DNA from: an uncultured Pseudomonadota bacterium
Lineage (GTDB): Bacteria > Oederibacteriota > Muellerivitia > Muellerivitales > Muellerivitaceae
Direction of reading: 5' to 3'
DNA length: 64,000 bases
Assembly (NCBI GenBank): GCA_963770835.1
Contig: CAVYRH010000007.1
Span: 96,001-160,000 of the forward strand
Notes under the pieces: model-generated
Databases searched by the model: none
The model's input: the letters and a program-made list of their open reading frames with translations, nothing else
Told to the model about the DNA's origin: nothing
Shown: in pieces, positions 19,330-28,635 of the stretch
Layout of the letters: each line of letters begins with the position of its first letter
Numbering within the stretch: position 1 is the stretch's first letter
Position numbers and translations under genes: made by a program

Positions 19330-20253
19330 ATGGGCTTATTTGACAAATTTCGAAATGGGCTCCGAAAAACCGCCCTACAGCTGTCTGTCCCATTGGAAAG
19401 CTTATTCAAAGGCCCTGCCCAGCTTTTAGAGTCCACTCTGGGTGAACTTGAAGAAAGATTGGTAGCGACCGACATGGGGTCTGCTACCGTACAGGCTATT
19501 ATCCTGGAAATAAAAGAGGCTGCAAAAAAGGAGGGAAAACCTGACGCCGCCATACTCACCCGTCAGTTAAGAGGTGCAATATTACGAAGGCTTTCAAAAG
19601 CCTATTCCCCATGGAAACCACCTGTCCCCATTGTCATTTTGCTTGCCGGCGTGAATGGAGCGGGGAAGACCACAACTGCCGGCAAGTTAGCGGCCCGTTT
19701 TTCCAAAGAAGGACGGAGGGTGCTTTTGGCAGCGGCGGACACTTTTCGGGCTGCTGCAGAAGAACAGCTGACGGAATGGGCTACCCGTGCTAAAGTAGAG
19801 TTCATTCGGGGCTCCCATGGAGCTGCCCCCTCGACAGTAGTATTTGACGCGTTAAAGTCTGGGCTTTCCCACGGTGTTGATTGCTTTGTAATAGATACAG
19901 CTGGTCGGCTCCATAACCGGCAGAATTTGATGGAAGAATTGCAGAAGATTTCACGGGTCGCCGAAAAAGCGACGCCGGGAGTTTCCATCGAGAAGTGGCT
20001 GGTTTTGGACGCCAACACCGGCCAAAATGGATTGAGCCAAGCCCATGAGTTCAACAAGGGAATGCCGTTGACGGGTTTGGTATTGACGAAGTTGGATGGA
20101 ACCGCGAAAGGCGGCATCGTGGTCGCCCTTTCCGAGCAGCTGGGACTTCCTGTGCGTTTTTTGGGTGTGGGAGAAGGGTTGGAAGACTTGATCCCCTATG
20201 ACCCCCAAATGTTTGCAGAGGCTTTAGTCACTGATCCGGTTGTAAACGTTTAA
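19330..20253 (+). CDS. ftsY: SRP receptor FtsY (NG domain only)
   Basis: GVNGAGKTTT, DTFRAAA, DTAGR, TKLDGTAKGG. Confidence 0.96.
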   Translation: MGLFDKFRNGLRKTALQLSVPLESLFKGPAQLLESTLGELEERLVATDMGSATVQAIILEIKEAAKKEGKPDAAILTRQLRGAILRRLSKAYSPWKPPVPIVILLAGVNGAGKTTTAGKLAARFSKEGRRVLLAAADTFRAAAEEQLTEWATRAKVEFIRGSHGAAPSTVVFDALKSGLSHGVDCFVIDTAGRLHNRQNLMEELQKISRVAEKATPGVSIEKWLVLDANTGQNGLSQAHEFNKGMPLTGLVLTKLDGTAKGGIVVALSEQLGLPVRFLGVGEGLEDLIPYDPQMFAEALVTDPVVNV

Positions 20254-20265
20254 GGAGGATTTTGT

Positions 20266-20616
20266 ATGGAACGTCTGGTGCTTGCGTCGCGAGCGGCCAT
20301 GTCCAATACATCCGTCACCGTTGTAGATATTGAAGGGGTGTTGGATATCAATACGGTGGGCGAGTTCGAGGCCATCCTTCAAGAACTGTTCAAAAAGAAG
20401 CAATATAAGATTGTCTTGAACATGAAAAAACTAACTTATATTTCCAGCGCAGGTTTCGGTGTTTTGATGAGCATCATCAAGGACGTCCGGAAAAACCGCG
20501 GCGACATCAAGATCGCCAATGTCAGTCCCGATATCTACAAAGTTTTCGATTTGCTCGAATTACCCGGACTTTTTCATATCCTGAAAACCGAACAAGACGC
20601 CGTCAGCGAGTTCTAA
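20266..20616 (+). CDS. STAS-domain anti-sigma-factor antagonist (RsbV/SpoIIAA-like)
   Basis: 116 aa, G.LD, LTYISSAGFGVL; AAGGAGG RBS. Confidence 0.9.
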   Translation: MERLVLASRAAMSNTSVTVVDIEGVLDINTVGEFEAILQELFKKKQYKIVLNMKKLTYISSAGFGVLMSIIKDVRKNRGDIKIANVSPDIYKVFDLLELPGLFHILKTEQDAVSEF

Positions 20617-20639
20617 ATTTCACCGAAAATTTTCCGCGA

Positions 20640-22211
20640 ATGAATTTAGGCATGAAGCAAAATTATTTTTTTGTGCATTCGAAATATCTTCGTGCCTATT
20701 CCTTGTTCATTTTCCTGCTAATTCTGATCATCCCACTTTGCCCGTTTGTTTCCGCAAGAGAAATTAATCTTACCATCCTCTTCACCAACGATCATCTGGG
20801 ACAGGTGGACCCCATTCATACTGACGACCCCTCCAAGCCCGTGGGAGGTGTGACCCGTCGGGCAGCCCTCATCAAAAAAATTATCCAGGAGGTCGGGCCG
20901 AAAAACGTTCTTTTGGTGGATAGCGGAAGCTTATTTACCGGCACTGCTTTTTCAGATATGACCCAGGGAGAAGTGGATTGTGCGGCCTACCAGCTGATGC
21001 AATACGACGCGGTGGGCTTGGGCCCCCATGATTTCGACTACGGTAAAAAAACACTCCTCGATTACCGTAAGACCTTCCGGATCCCCTGGGTTTCGGCCAA
21101 TGTGGTTGTACGCACAAACTTCCAGAATTTCATGCGTCCTTACGTGCTCAAGTACGCCGACATGCGAGTGGGAATGATCGGGTTCAGTAATCCCGATACA
21201 ACCTCGCTCACCCGCCGGGAAAATGTGTCGGGGCTTATCTTTAACCCACCAGGAGCTTCCGCCAAGGGCCTCCATTCGATCCTGAAAAAAGATGCGGATT
21301 TTTTCATCGCCTTGAGCCAACTCGGGATGGACGCAGACAAAAAGTTTGCCAAGGACAATCCCTTCCTGCACGTTATCATCGGCGGTTTCAGCCGGACGCT
21401 TTTAACCAAGCCGGTGGTGGAAACAAAGGCTGACGGCAGTCCCGCAGGCCCGCTGATTGTCCAGGCAGGCTCCCGGGGGTTTTACCTGGGCCGATTGGAT
21501 CTAACCGTGGGGGGACATCGGGACCCTAAAAGTAAAAAAGAAGAGTATTCGGTCGAGGATTTCAAATACCAACTAATTCCCATTACTTCCGACCTACCGG
21601 AGGATCCACAGATGGCGGGCCTCTTGGCCAAGTACAAAGAGAGGCTTAAATCCAAACCCCTCGAAGAAGTGCTAACGACCGTAACCGGGGATCTTACGGA
21701 CTGTAGCGGTGGGGATTCACTTATCGGGGAAATCATGGCCGATGCCATGCGGAAATCGGCCCAAGCGGAGATAGCCTTGGTGAACAATGGATTCTTCAAC
21801 CCTGGTTTCAAATCGGGCGATTTTACCCGCGAGATTCTTTACCAGGTTTGTCCTTCCGATAGCGGAATGGCCGTCATTGATGTGCCCGGGGTTTATTTGA
21901 GGAAGGCTCTTGAGGAATCGGGGACGGAAAAAGGACAGAATGGTTTTTTACAGATTTCGGGTTTGAAAATCCAAAAGAATGGGGAAGAGTTAACGATGTT
22001 GATGGGGGACGAACCTTTGAACGACCGTCGGAAATACCTGGTGGCTGTAAACGATTTTTTAGCCAATGGAAACGGTGGTTATGATTTTTTTGGGAAAATA
22101 AAATCTCGTCGGAAAATTCAAATTAGCCTTCGAGATTTGCTGGAAACGTCGCTTAAAGAAAAACCGAAAATTGCACCGGAGGATTTGGAAAAACGCTGGA
22201 TACTGCCGTAA
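20640..22211 (+). CDS. Exported 5'-nucleotidase/metallophosphoesterase homologue with degenerate metal-binding motifs
   Basis: UshA-like layout (LTILFTND, GG..RRA, SANV, QAG..G.YLG, LQISG, NDFLANG..GY) but motifs read NDHLG, DSGS, GPHD, LSQLG, GGFSR. Confidence 0.8.
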   Translation: MNLGMKQNYFFVHSKYLRAYSLFIFLLILIIPLCPFVSAREINLTILFTNDHLGQVDPIHTDDPSKPVGGVTRRAALIKKIIQEVGPKNVLLVDSGSLFTGTAFSDMTQGEVDCAAYQLMQYDAVGLGPHDFDYGKKTLLDYRKTFRIPWVSANVVVRTNFQNFMRPYVLKYADMRVGMIGFSNPDTTSLTRRENVSGLIFNPPGASAKGLHSILKKDADFFIALSQLGMDADKKFAKDNPFLHVIIGGFSRTLLTKPVVETKADGSPAGPLIVQAGSRGFYLGRLDLTVGGHRDPKSKKEEYSVEDFKYQLIPITSDLPEDPQMAGLLAKYKERLKSKPLEEVLTTVTGDLTDCSGGDSLIGEIMADAMRKSAQAEIALVNNGFFNPGFKSGDFTREILYQVCPSDSGMAVIDVPGVYLRKALEESGTEKGQNGFLQISGLKIQKNGEELTMLMGDEPLNDRRKYLVAVNDFLANGNGGYDFFGKIKSRRKIQISLRDLLETSLKEKPKIAPEDLEKRWILP

Positions 22212-22267
22212 GAATAGTTTGAATGTCCCTGAACGTCGTGCAACCATCCCCTTTATCGCCTCTTTCC

Positions 22268-22295
22268 TTGACACCCCTTCCCCGGCCCTTATAAT
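22268..22295 (+). promoter_or_regulatory. Consensus sigma70 promoter upstream of glgA
   Basis: TTGACA-N16-TATAAT. Confidence 0.75.
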
Positions 22296-22339
22296 GCCGC
22301 TTTCGACACTCTCGTTTTTAAAGTTGATCTAGGATTCAA

Positions 22340-23866
22340 ATGCCGCGTAAAACTATAAAAAAAACAAAAGTTGTTCCTAAAACCTCCTCTAAGGCCGCCC
22401 GTTCCCCGCATCCTTTAAAGGTTCTCTTGGCGGCTTCGGAAGTCGTACCTTTCGCTAAGACGGGCGGGTTAGCCGATGTGGTAGGGGCCCTTCCTAGGGC
22501 GCTCTTGAAATTGGGATGCGAGGTCGCGGTGGTCCTGCCCAAGTACCGCAGTATTTCCCCGGAAAAATACAAATTGAAAGTTGCGGTCAAGGATATGCCG
22601 GTCCCAATGGGAATGGGTGAAATGAGCGCCGATATCCTTTCGACCCGCCTGGGTGATACGCATGCGATGGCTTATTTCATCCAAAACGACCGTTATTTCG
22701 ACCGGGGAGGCTTTTACGGCACTTCCGAAGGTGATTACCACGATAACGCCGAGCGCTTCGCCTTTTTCTCCCGCGCCGTCCTGGAAATGCCCAAAGCACT
22801 CCATTGGTATCCCGACATCCTCCACCTTAACGACTGGCAGACGGGGCTGGCTGCGGCTTACTTGAAAACCATCTACAAGGATGAGCCTGCTTTTTCCTCA
22901 ACCAAGAGCCTATTTACCATTCATAATATGGCCTACCAGGGGCTCTTTCCCAAATACGTCTTGCCCATGACGGGAGTCGGCTGGGAAGAATTCAGCCCCG
23001 ATAAACTCGAATTCTATGACCAGGTTAATTACTTGAAGGCGGGGTTGGTTTACTCGGACGCACTGAACACCGTTTCGGAAAGATACTCTCGGGAAATCCA
23101 GACCGACGAATTCGGGCACGGGCTCCAAGGGGTCCTCAAGTCCCGTTCTTCGGACCTCCATGGCATCGTCAACGGTATCGATTACGATGAATGGAATCCG
23201 GCAACGGACCGGGAAATACCCTCCCAATATACGGTTAAAAACCATGAAAAAAAGTTGGAGTCAAAGCGGAAACTGTTAGAAGAAATGGGGCTGGAGTTTA
23301 AACCCGGCGTTCCAGTAGTGGGATTGGTTTCCAGACTGACCGATCAGAAGGGGTTAGACCTTATCGCCGAAACCATTGAGAGCTTTCTCTCGATGGATGT
23401 CCAATTCATCGTACTGGGAACGGGGGAACCCCGGTACCACGCCCTTTTCGAGAATTTAAACCAGAGATTTCGCACGAAGTTGTCGGTCGCGTTGAAGTTT
23501 GACCCCCGACTTTCCAAAATGATTTATGCCGGCAGCGACTTATTCTTAATGCCGTCGCGTTTCGAGCCCTGCGGCCTGGGCCAAATGATCGCCATGAAAT
23601 ATGGAACCATCCCGGTGGTGCGCCGCACGGGCGGCTTGGCGGATACGGTGGAAAACCTTTCGCTGGACGGCAAAAAAGGGACCGGGTTTGTATTCGACAA
23701 TTACATCGGGGATGAACTTCTTTTCACCATCAAGCGGGCCGTAGAAGCCTTCCACCAGCCAAAGCTTTGGAAGGCCCTGGTCCAGCGGGCAATGAAAGAG
23801 GATTTTTCCTGGGATGTCTCCGCCGAAAAATATCTGGATCTTTACCGGGAAATCCTTCAAAAGTAA
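22340..23866 (+). CDS. glgA: Glycogen synthase (GT5)
   Basis: KTGGLADV, NDWQT, TIHNMAYQG, SRLTDQKG, PSRFEPCGL, TGGLADTV. Confidence 0.96.
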   Translation: MPRKTIKKTKVVPKTSSKAARSPHPLKVLLAASEVVPFAKTGGLADVVGALPRALLKLGCEVAVVLPKYRSISPEKYKLKVAVKDMPVPMGMGEMSADILSTRLGDTHAMAYFIQNDRYFDRGGFYGTSEGDYHDNAERFAFFSRAVLEMPKALHWYPDILHLNDWQTGLAAAYLKTIYKDEPAFSSTKSLFTIHNMAYQGLFPKYVLPMTGVGWEEFSPDKLEFYDQVNYLKAGLVYSDALNTVSERYSREIQTDEFGHGLQGVLKSRSSDLHGIVNGIDYDEWNPATDREIPSQYTVKNHEKKLESKRKLLEEMGLEFKPGVPVVGLVSRLTDQKGLDLIAETIESFLSMDVQFIVLGTGEPRYHALFENLNQRFRTKLSVALKFDPRLSKMIYAGSDLFLMPSRFEPCGLGQMIAMKYGTIPVVRRTGGLADTVENLSLDGKKGTGFVFDNYIGDELLFTIKRAVEAFHQPKLWKALVQRAMKEDFSWDVSAEKYLDLYREILQK

Positions 23867-23925
23867 AAATCTGCGATTCCCTACTTCGCTTTTAACCACC
23901 ACTCCTGCCAAAATGGAATTATCAA

Positions 23926-25212
23926 ATGGAAGATAAACCGAACAAGTTAACTCAATTTCTCCAGCAAAAGGAAGACGTCCTCCAGGAACGGTGGCGTGCT
24001 TCCGTGCACCAATTGTCCGGCCGCTTGGAGAGTTTCAGCAAGCACCCTGGGATTTTTGGCGAGGTGCGCGGTTTGCTGCTGGATCTGGTAGCGGTGGTGG
24101 AGCGGACGGGAAGCGTAGAACAAGCGGTAGACGCCGAATTCAACGAGATATTGGCCCACCTCAGGGCTCTTCAATCGGACCACCAACTTTCCTCCGCCGA
24201 CATGGTTTTCCTCCTTTTTTCCATGAGGGACGCGGTTCGGGAAGCGGTGCGAGAGGTCGTGGATATGGGGCCTGACGGCCAGCATGAAGTTTCCACACAT
24301 TTCCAGGTGGTAAGCCAGGTTTCCATGCTGTTAAACCGGCTGGGGCTTGTCTTTTTCGAGGGCGCCATGCGGCTACGGGAGGATGGGGGCACGCAGGACG
24401 TACTTGCCATTGAATATGCCCTCCTTTATGAACGGGCCCGCCAGATGGCTATCACCGACCGCCTGACCGGGCTTTACAATTTTGGCTATTTCCACGAACG
24501 CCTAAAAGAAGAGCGAATGAGAGCGGAGAGGTACCATCGTCTTTTATCGCTGGTCATTCTCGATATCGACCATTTCAAGAAATACAACGATTCCAACGGC
24601 CATCCGGCAGGGAACGAGGTTTTAAAGAAAATCGCCACGATCCTAAAACAAGAGGCCAGGGAAGTGGACATTGTTGCCCGTTATGGAGGGGAGGAAATGG
24701 TCATCATCCTTCCAGAAACAAGCCGGAGACGAGCCGCCGAATTAGCGGAACGAATTCGTCAAAGGGTTTCAGAAGGGCTCTTCGACCACATGCAATCCCA
24801 ACCGCTCGGGAAGCTGACTATCTCGGCGGGCGTGGCCACCTTTCCCGTTGACGCCTCCACGGAGGATGACCTGATTAAAAAGGCGGACACCAGTCTTTAC
24901 CAGGCCAAAGCCCAGGGCCGCAATCGGGTCGTGGTCTTTGAGCCGCCAATCAAGGTGCCGATCACCTATCGGCCCAACCGGGAAATTTCCAAGGTCGCAT
25001 TGGTTGGCAACTTCAACAACTGGGACAAAGACGCGGATCCCATGTTACGTCAGGAGGATAGTACTTTCCGTTTCGTGATCGCCCTCAATCCCGGACTTTA
25101 TCATTACAAGTTTGTTTTGAATGATGTCGAATGGATACCCGATCCATCCTGTCCGGAACGAGTTCACGACGGGTTGGGCGGTGATAATAGCGTGCTGCGG
25201 GTACACGCTTAG
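23926..25212 (+). CDS. Diguanylate cyclase: RsbR-like N-terminal domain + GGDEF + C-terminal CBM48/AMPK-beta-like glycogen-binding domain
   Basis: TDRLTGLYN, DIDHFKKYND..GH, I-site REVD, A-site GGEEM, LYQAK..GRN; C-terminal VGNFNNW..YHYKFV...W..DP....GGDNSV. Confidence 0.9.
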   Translation: MEDKPNKLTQFLQQKEDVLQERWRASVHQLSGRLESFSKHPGIFGEVRGLLLDLVAVVERTGSVEQAVDAEFNEILAHLRALQSDHQLSSADMVFLLFSMRDAVREAVREVVDMGPDGQHEVSTHFQVVSQVSMLLNRLGLVFFEGAMRLREDGGTQDVLAIEYALLYERARQMAITDRLTGLYNFGYFHERLKEERMRAERYHRLLSLVILDIDHFKKYNDSNGHPAGNEVLKKIATILKQEAREVDIVARYGGEEMVIILPETSRRRAAELAERIRQRVSEGLFDHMQSQPLGKLTISAGVATFPVDASTEDDLIKKADTSLYQAKAQGRNRVVVFEPPIKVPITYRPNREISKVALVGNFNNWDKDADPMLRQEDSTFRFVIALNPGLYHYKFVLNDVEWIPDPSCPERVHDGLGGDNSVLRVHA

Positions 25213-25321
25213 TCCTTTACGGTTCCTTCCCACCAGTGCCCCGGGAATTCCAAAAAACACTAAACATTTCCAACGGCTTTTGATAAGCTTTCGGTCTTAA
25301 TCCGCAGTTTTTGGACGGAAA

Positions 25322-28153
25322 ATGGCCGATTACAAGTCAACACTCAATATCACGCAGACCTCTTTCCCCATGAAAGCCAATCTTCCCCAAACCGAGCCGG
25401 AGAGGCTCAAACTTTGGGAAGGGATGGGCTTTTACCGCCGCACCTTCGAGAAGCCGGGCGCCCCTAAGTATGTTCTGCACGACGGCCCTCCCTTTGCCAA
25501 CGGCGACATCCACATGGGCCATGCCTTGAATAAAGTGTTGAAGGACATCATCGTCAAATACCAGGCCTTGAAAGGTCAGGACGCGCCCTACGTACCGGGG
25601 TGGGATTGCCACGGCATGCCTATTGAGCACAAAGTGGTGGAGCAATTGGGCCCCAAGGTTAAGGCCATGTCCAAGGTAGAAATCCGCAATGAGTGCCGGA
25701 AATACGCGGGAAAGTTCCTGGACCGCCAGCGGGAGGAGTTCAAACGCCTGGGCGTTTTCGGCGATTTTGAGAAACCTTATAGCACCATGGACCCGGCTTA
25801 TGAGCTGTCCCTGGTGAAGGCCCTGACAAAGATGGTTTCGGAGGGTTATGTCAACCGCCGCTTGCGCCCCATCCACTGGTGTCCTGTGTGCAAATCCGCC
25901 TTGGCCGAGGCCGAGGTGGAATACGCCGACCATGAATCCCTTGCCGTGACAGTCGCCTTTCCAGTGAAAAAGCTACCGGACGACGTTTTTCCCAATACAC
26001 CCCGCCAAAACCTCTCATTCCTCATTTGGACGACCACCCCCTGGACGCTGCCGGCCAACCTGGGGATTTCGGTGCATTCCGATTTTGAGTATGTGACTCT
26101 TCAAGTGAGGGACGCTTATTACATTGTGGCTAAGGTGCTTTTGCCCCAGGTGGCAGCCATGTGCGGTTGGAAGGCTTCGGATTTCAGGATTATTGATGAG
26201 ATCCGAGGTGAGGCTTTGGACCGTTCCCTGGCCCGACACCCTTTTCTAGACCAAGATTCCCTTGTGATGGTAGGCGCCCATGTAACCGCAGAGGCCGGCA
26301 CGGGCTTGGTGCACACGGCCCCCGGCCATGGCCGGGAAGACTATGAAATTGGCTTGAAATACAACTTGCCCATCTATTCGCCGGTGGACGAGGCGGGGAA
26401 GTATGATTCCCGGGTCAAGGAATATGAGGGAATGACCGTCTGGGATGCCAATCCCAAGATCGTGGAAAAACTTAAAAGCCTGGGCCGACTTCTTTCCCTT
26501 CAAACCATCAAGCACAGCTACCCGCATTGTTGGCGCTCGAAAAATCCCATCATCTTCCGTGCTACCGCCCAATGGTTTATCGAGCTGGATCACAAAGATT
26601 TGCGCAAGAAATGCCTGGCGGAAATCGAGAAGGTCCAATGGATTCCTTCCTGGGGAAAGGACCGAATCAAAAACATGGTGGAAGGCCGCACGGACTGGTG
26701 TATTTCCCGGCAGAGGGCCTGGGGCGTGCCCATCGCGGCCGTTTACTGCAAGGCTTGCGGGAAGGTTGTGGGCGACCTCAAAGTGCTGGAGTCCATCGTT
26801 TCGCTGGTCCAAAAAGAAGGCATCGACGGCTGGTTTGAACACCAAGCACAGGATGTTCTCCCCCAAGGATTCAAGTGCCCTTGCGGTTCCTCCGAATTTG
26901 TAAAGGAAGAGGACATTTTGGATGTTTGGTTCGAATCCGGTAGTTCCCATTTCGCGGTCATCGATCAAAGGGAAGAACTAAAAAACGCGAATTATATCCT
27001 TTATTTAGAAGGAAGCGACCAACACCGCGGTTGGTTCCAACATGCGCTGTGGACCGGTGTGGCCTTGAAGGGAAAGGCGCCTTTCAATGGTGTTTTGACC
27101 CACGGTTTTATCCTGGACGCAGAAGGCAAAGCCATGCACAAGAGCGCGGGCAATGTCATCGATCCCCTTGAGATGATCAAGAAATACGGCGCGGACGTCC
27201 TGCGCCTATGGGTTTCCTCCGAGGATTACACCGAGGACGTTTCCATCAGCGAGGAAATGCTGGCCCGCATGTCGGAGGCCTACCGCCGTATCCGCAATAC
27301 TTTTCGCTTCATCCTGGGGAACATCCAGGATTTCAATCCCAAGGCTCATCGCGTGGCGGAAAAGGACATGACGCCCCTGGACCGTTGGGCCTGGATGGAA
27401 GCCCGGAAGACCCTTTCCGTTCTGAGGGAAGCTTATGACCAATACCAGTTCACGAAGGTTTTCCACCAGGTGGACAATTTCTTCTCCGTGGCCTTGAGTG
27501 CGGGTTATTTCGACATCCTCAAAGACCGGCTTTATACTTTTGAAACGGATTCACCCGACCGGCGGGCTTCCCAAACCGTGTTGTATGACATCTTGAAGAA
27601 CTTTGTGATGGCCGTGGCGCCCATTCTTTCCTTTACCGCCGAGGAAATCTGGCAAAGCCTCGCGGAGAAATTCCGGGAGAAGGGTGAAAAAAGTGTGTTT
27701 GGCGGCCGTTGGGAGGCCGTGGATGCACAGATTGACCAAGCTTTTGAGCAAGAATGGGAACAGATATTGTCGGTTAAAAGGGCAGTTTCCAAGTCCCTGG
27801 AAGGCTTGCGGCAGGCCAAGACTATCGGGAGCTCCCTGGAAGGAGAAGTGGACCTTTATGTCGGTAATGACAAGGTGAAATCGACCCTTCAAAAACATAT
27901 CGACGAGCTTCGATATTATTTCCTCGTGTCCAAGGTTGAATTGAAGGATGGAGAGGTGCCTTCGGACGCCCTTGATGCGGAGGATTCGAACCTTAAAATT
28001 AAGGCCATCACCCGGAAATCCGCGGGTCAAAAATGCGCCCGGTGCTGGAATTATTACTCCTCGGAACAAATGGACAAGACTTATGCCGACATTTGCCACC
28101 GCTGCGGGCCTATCGTAAAGAAGTTCCAAAAGGTTTCGGAGGGTAAGGCCTGA
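25322..28153 (+). CDS. ileS: Isoleucine--tRNA ligase (type 1)
   Basis: LHDGPP, HMGH, GWDCHG, WTTTPWT, GTGLVHTAPGHG, WCISRQR, EGSDQHRGWF, C-terminal CxxC..CxxC. Confidence 0.97.
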   Translation: MADYKSTLNITQTSFPMKANLPQTEPERLKLWEGMGFYRRTFEKPGAPKYVLHDGPPFANGDIHMGHALNKVLKDIIVKYQALKGQDAPYVPGWDCHGMPIEHKVVEQLGPKVKAMSKVEIRNECRKYAGKFLDRQREEFKRLGVFGDFEKPYSTMDPAYELSLVKALTKMVSEGYVNRRLRPIHWCPVCKSALAEAEVEYADHESLAVTVAFPVKKLPDDVFPNTPRQNLSFLIWTTTPWTLPANLGISVHSDFEYVTLQVRDAYYIVAKVLLPQVAAMCGWKASDFRIIDEIRGEALDRSLARHPFLDQDSLVMVGAHVTAEAGTGLVHTAPGHGREDYEIGLKYNLPIYSPVDEAGKYDSRVKEYEGMTVWDANPKIVEKLKSLGRLLSLQTIKHSYPHCWRSKNPIIFRATAQWFIELDHKDLRKKCLAEIEKVQWIPSWGKDRIKNMVEGRTDWCISRQRAWGVPIAAVYCKACGKVVGDLKVLESIVSLVQKEGIDGWFEHQAQDVLPQGFKCPCGSSEFVKEEDILDVWFESGSSHFAVIDQREELKNANYILYLEGSDQHRGWFQHALWTGVALKGKAPFNGVLTHGFILDAEGKAMHKSAGNVIDPLEMIKKYGADVLRLWVSSEDYTEDVSISEEMLARMSEAYRRIRNTFRFILGNIQDFNPKAHRVAEKDMTPLDRWAWMEARKTLSVLREAYDQYQFTKVFHQVDNFFSVALSAGYFDILKDRLYTFETDSPDRRASQTVLYDILKNFVMAVAPILSFTAEEIWQSLAEKFREKGEKSVFGGRWEAVDAQIDQAFEQEWEQILSVKRAVSKSLEGLRQAKTIGSSLEGEVDLYVGNDKVKSTLQKHIDELRYYFLVSKVELKDGEVPSDALDAEDSNLKIKAITRKSAGQKCARCWNYYSSEQMDKTYADICHRCGPIVKKFQKVSEGKA

Positions 28154-28635
28154 TGATGCTTATGGGCATTTCCATGCTGGTTGTGGCCTTGGACCAATTG
28201 ACCAAATTTCTGGTCCTTAACTCCATGTCCCTCAACGAATCGGTGCCAGTGCTTCCCAACCTGCTTTACCTCACTTATATCCAAAACCCCGGGACGGCTT
28301 TTGGTTTCATGTCGAACATGGAATCGCTGGTACGCATTCCCTTCTTTATCGCGGCAACGGTCGGGGCGACCTTTATCGTCTACATGTATCAGCGGTTGAT
28401 TCCACCTGAAAGGCGGTTCACCAAGATCGCCTTGGGCCTGGTGTGGGGCGGCGCCTTGGGCAACTTGGTGGACCGATTGCTATACGGCAAGGTCATCGAC
28501 TTTATTGAGATGCGTTACCACGAATACCAATGGTTCCCTTATATTTTCAATGTTGCCGATTCCTGCATTACCATTGGGATATTCTATCTGCTGATTGAGT
28601 TCATTACTTCCAATCGCCAGAAGTCTCTTTCGTGA
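28153..28635 (+). CDS. lspA: Signal peptidase II, copy 1
   Basis: DQLTK, NPGTAFG, GALGNLVDR, VIDFI, FNVADSCI. Confidence 0.93.
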   Translation: MMLMGISMLVVALDQLTKFLVLNSMSLNESVPVLPNLLYLTYIQNPGTAFGFMSNMESLVRIPFFIAATVGATFIVYMYQRLIPPERRFTKIALGLVWGGALGNLVDRLLYGKVIDFIEMRYHEYQWFPYIFNVADSCITIGIFYLLIEFITSNRQKSLS

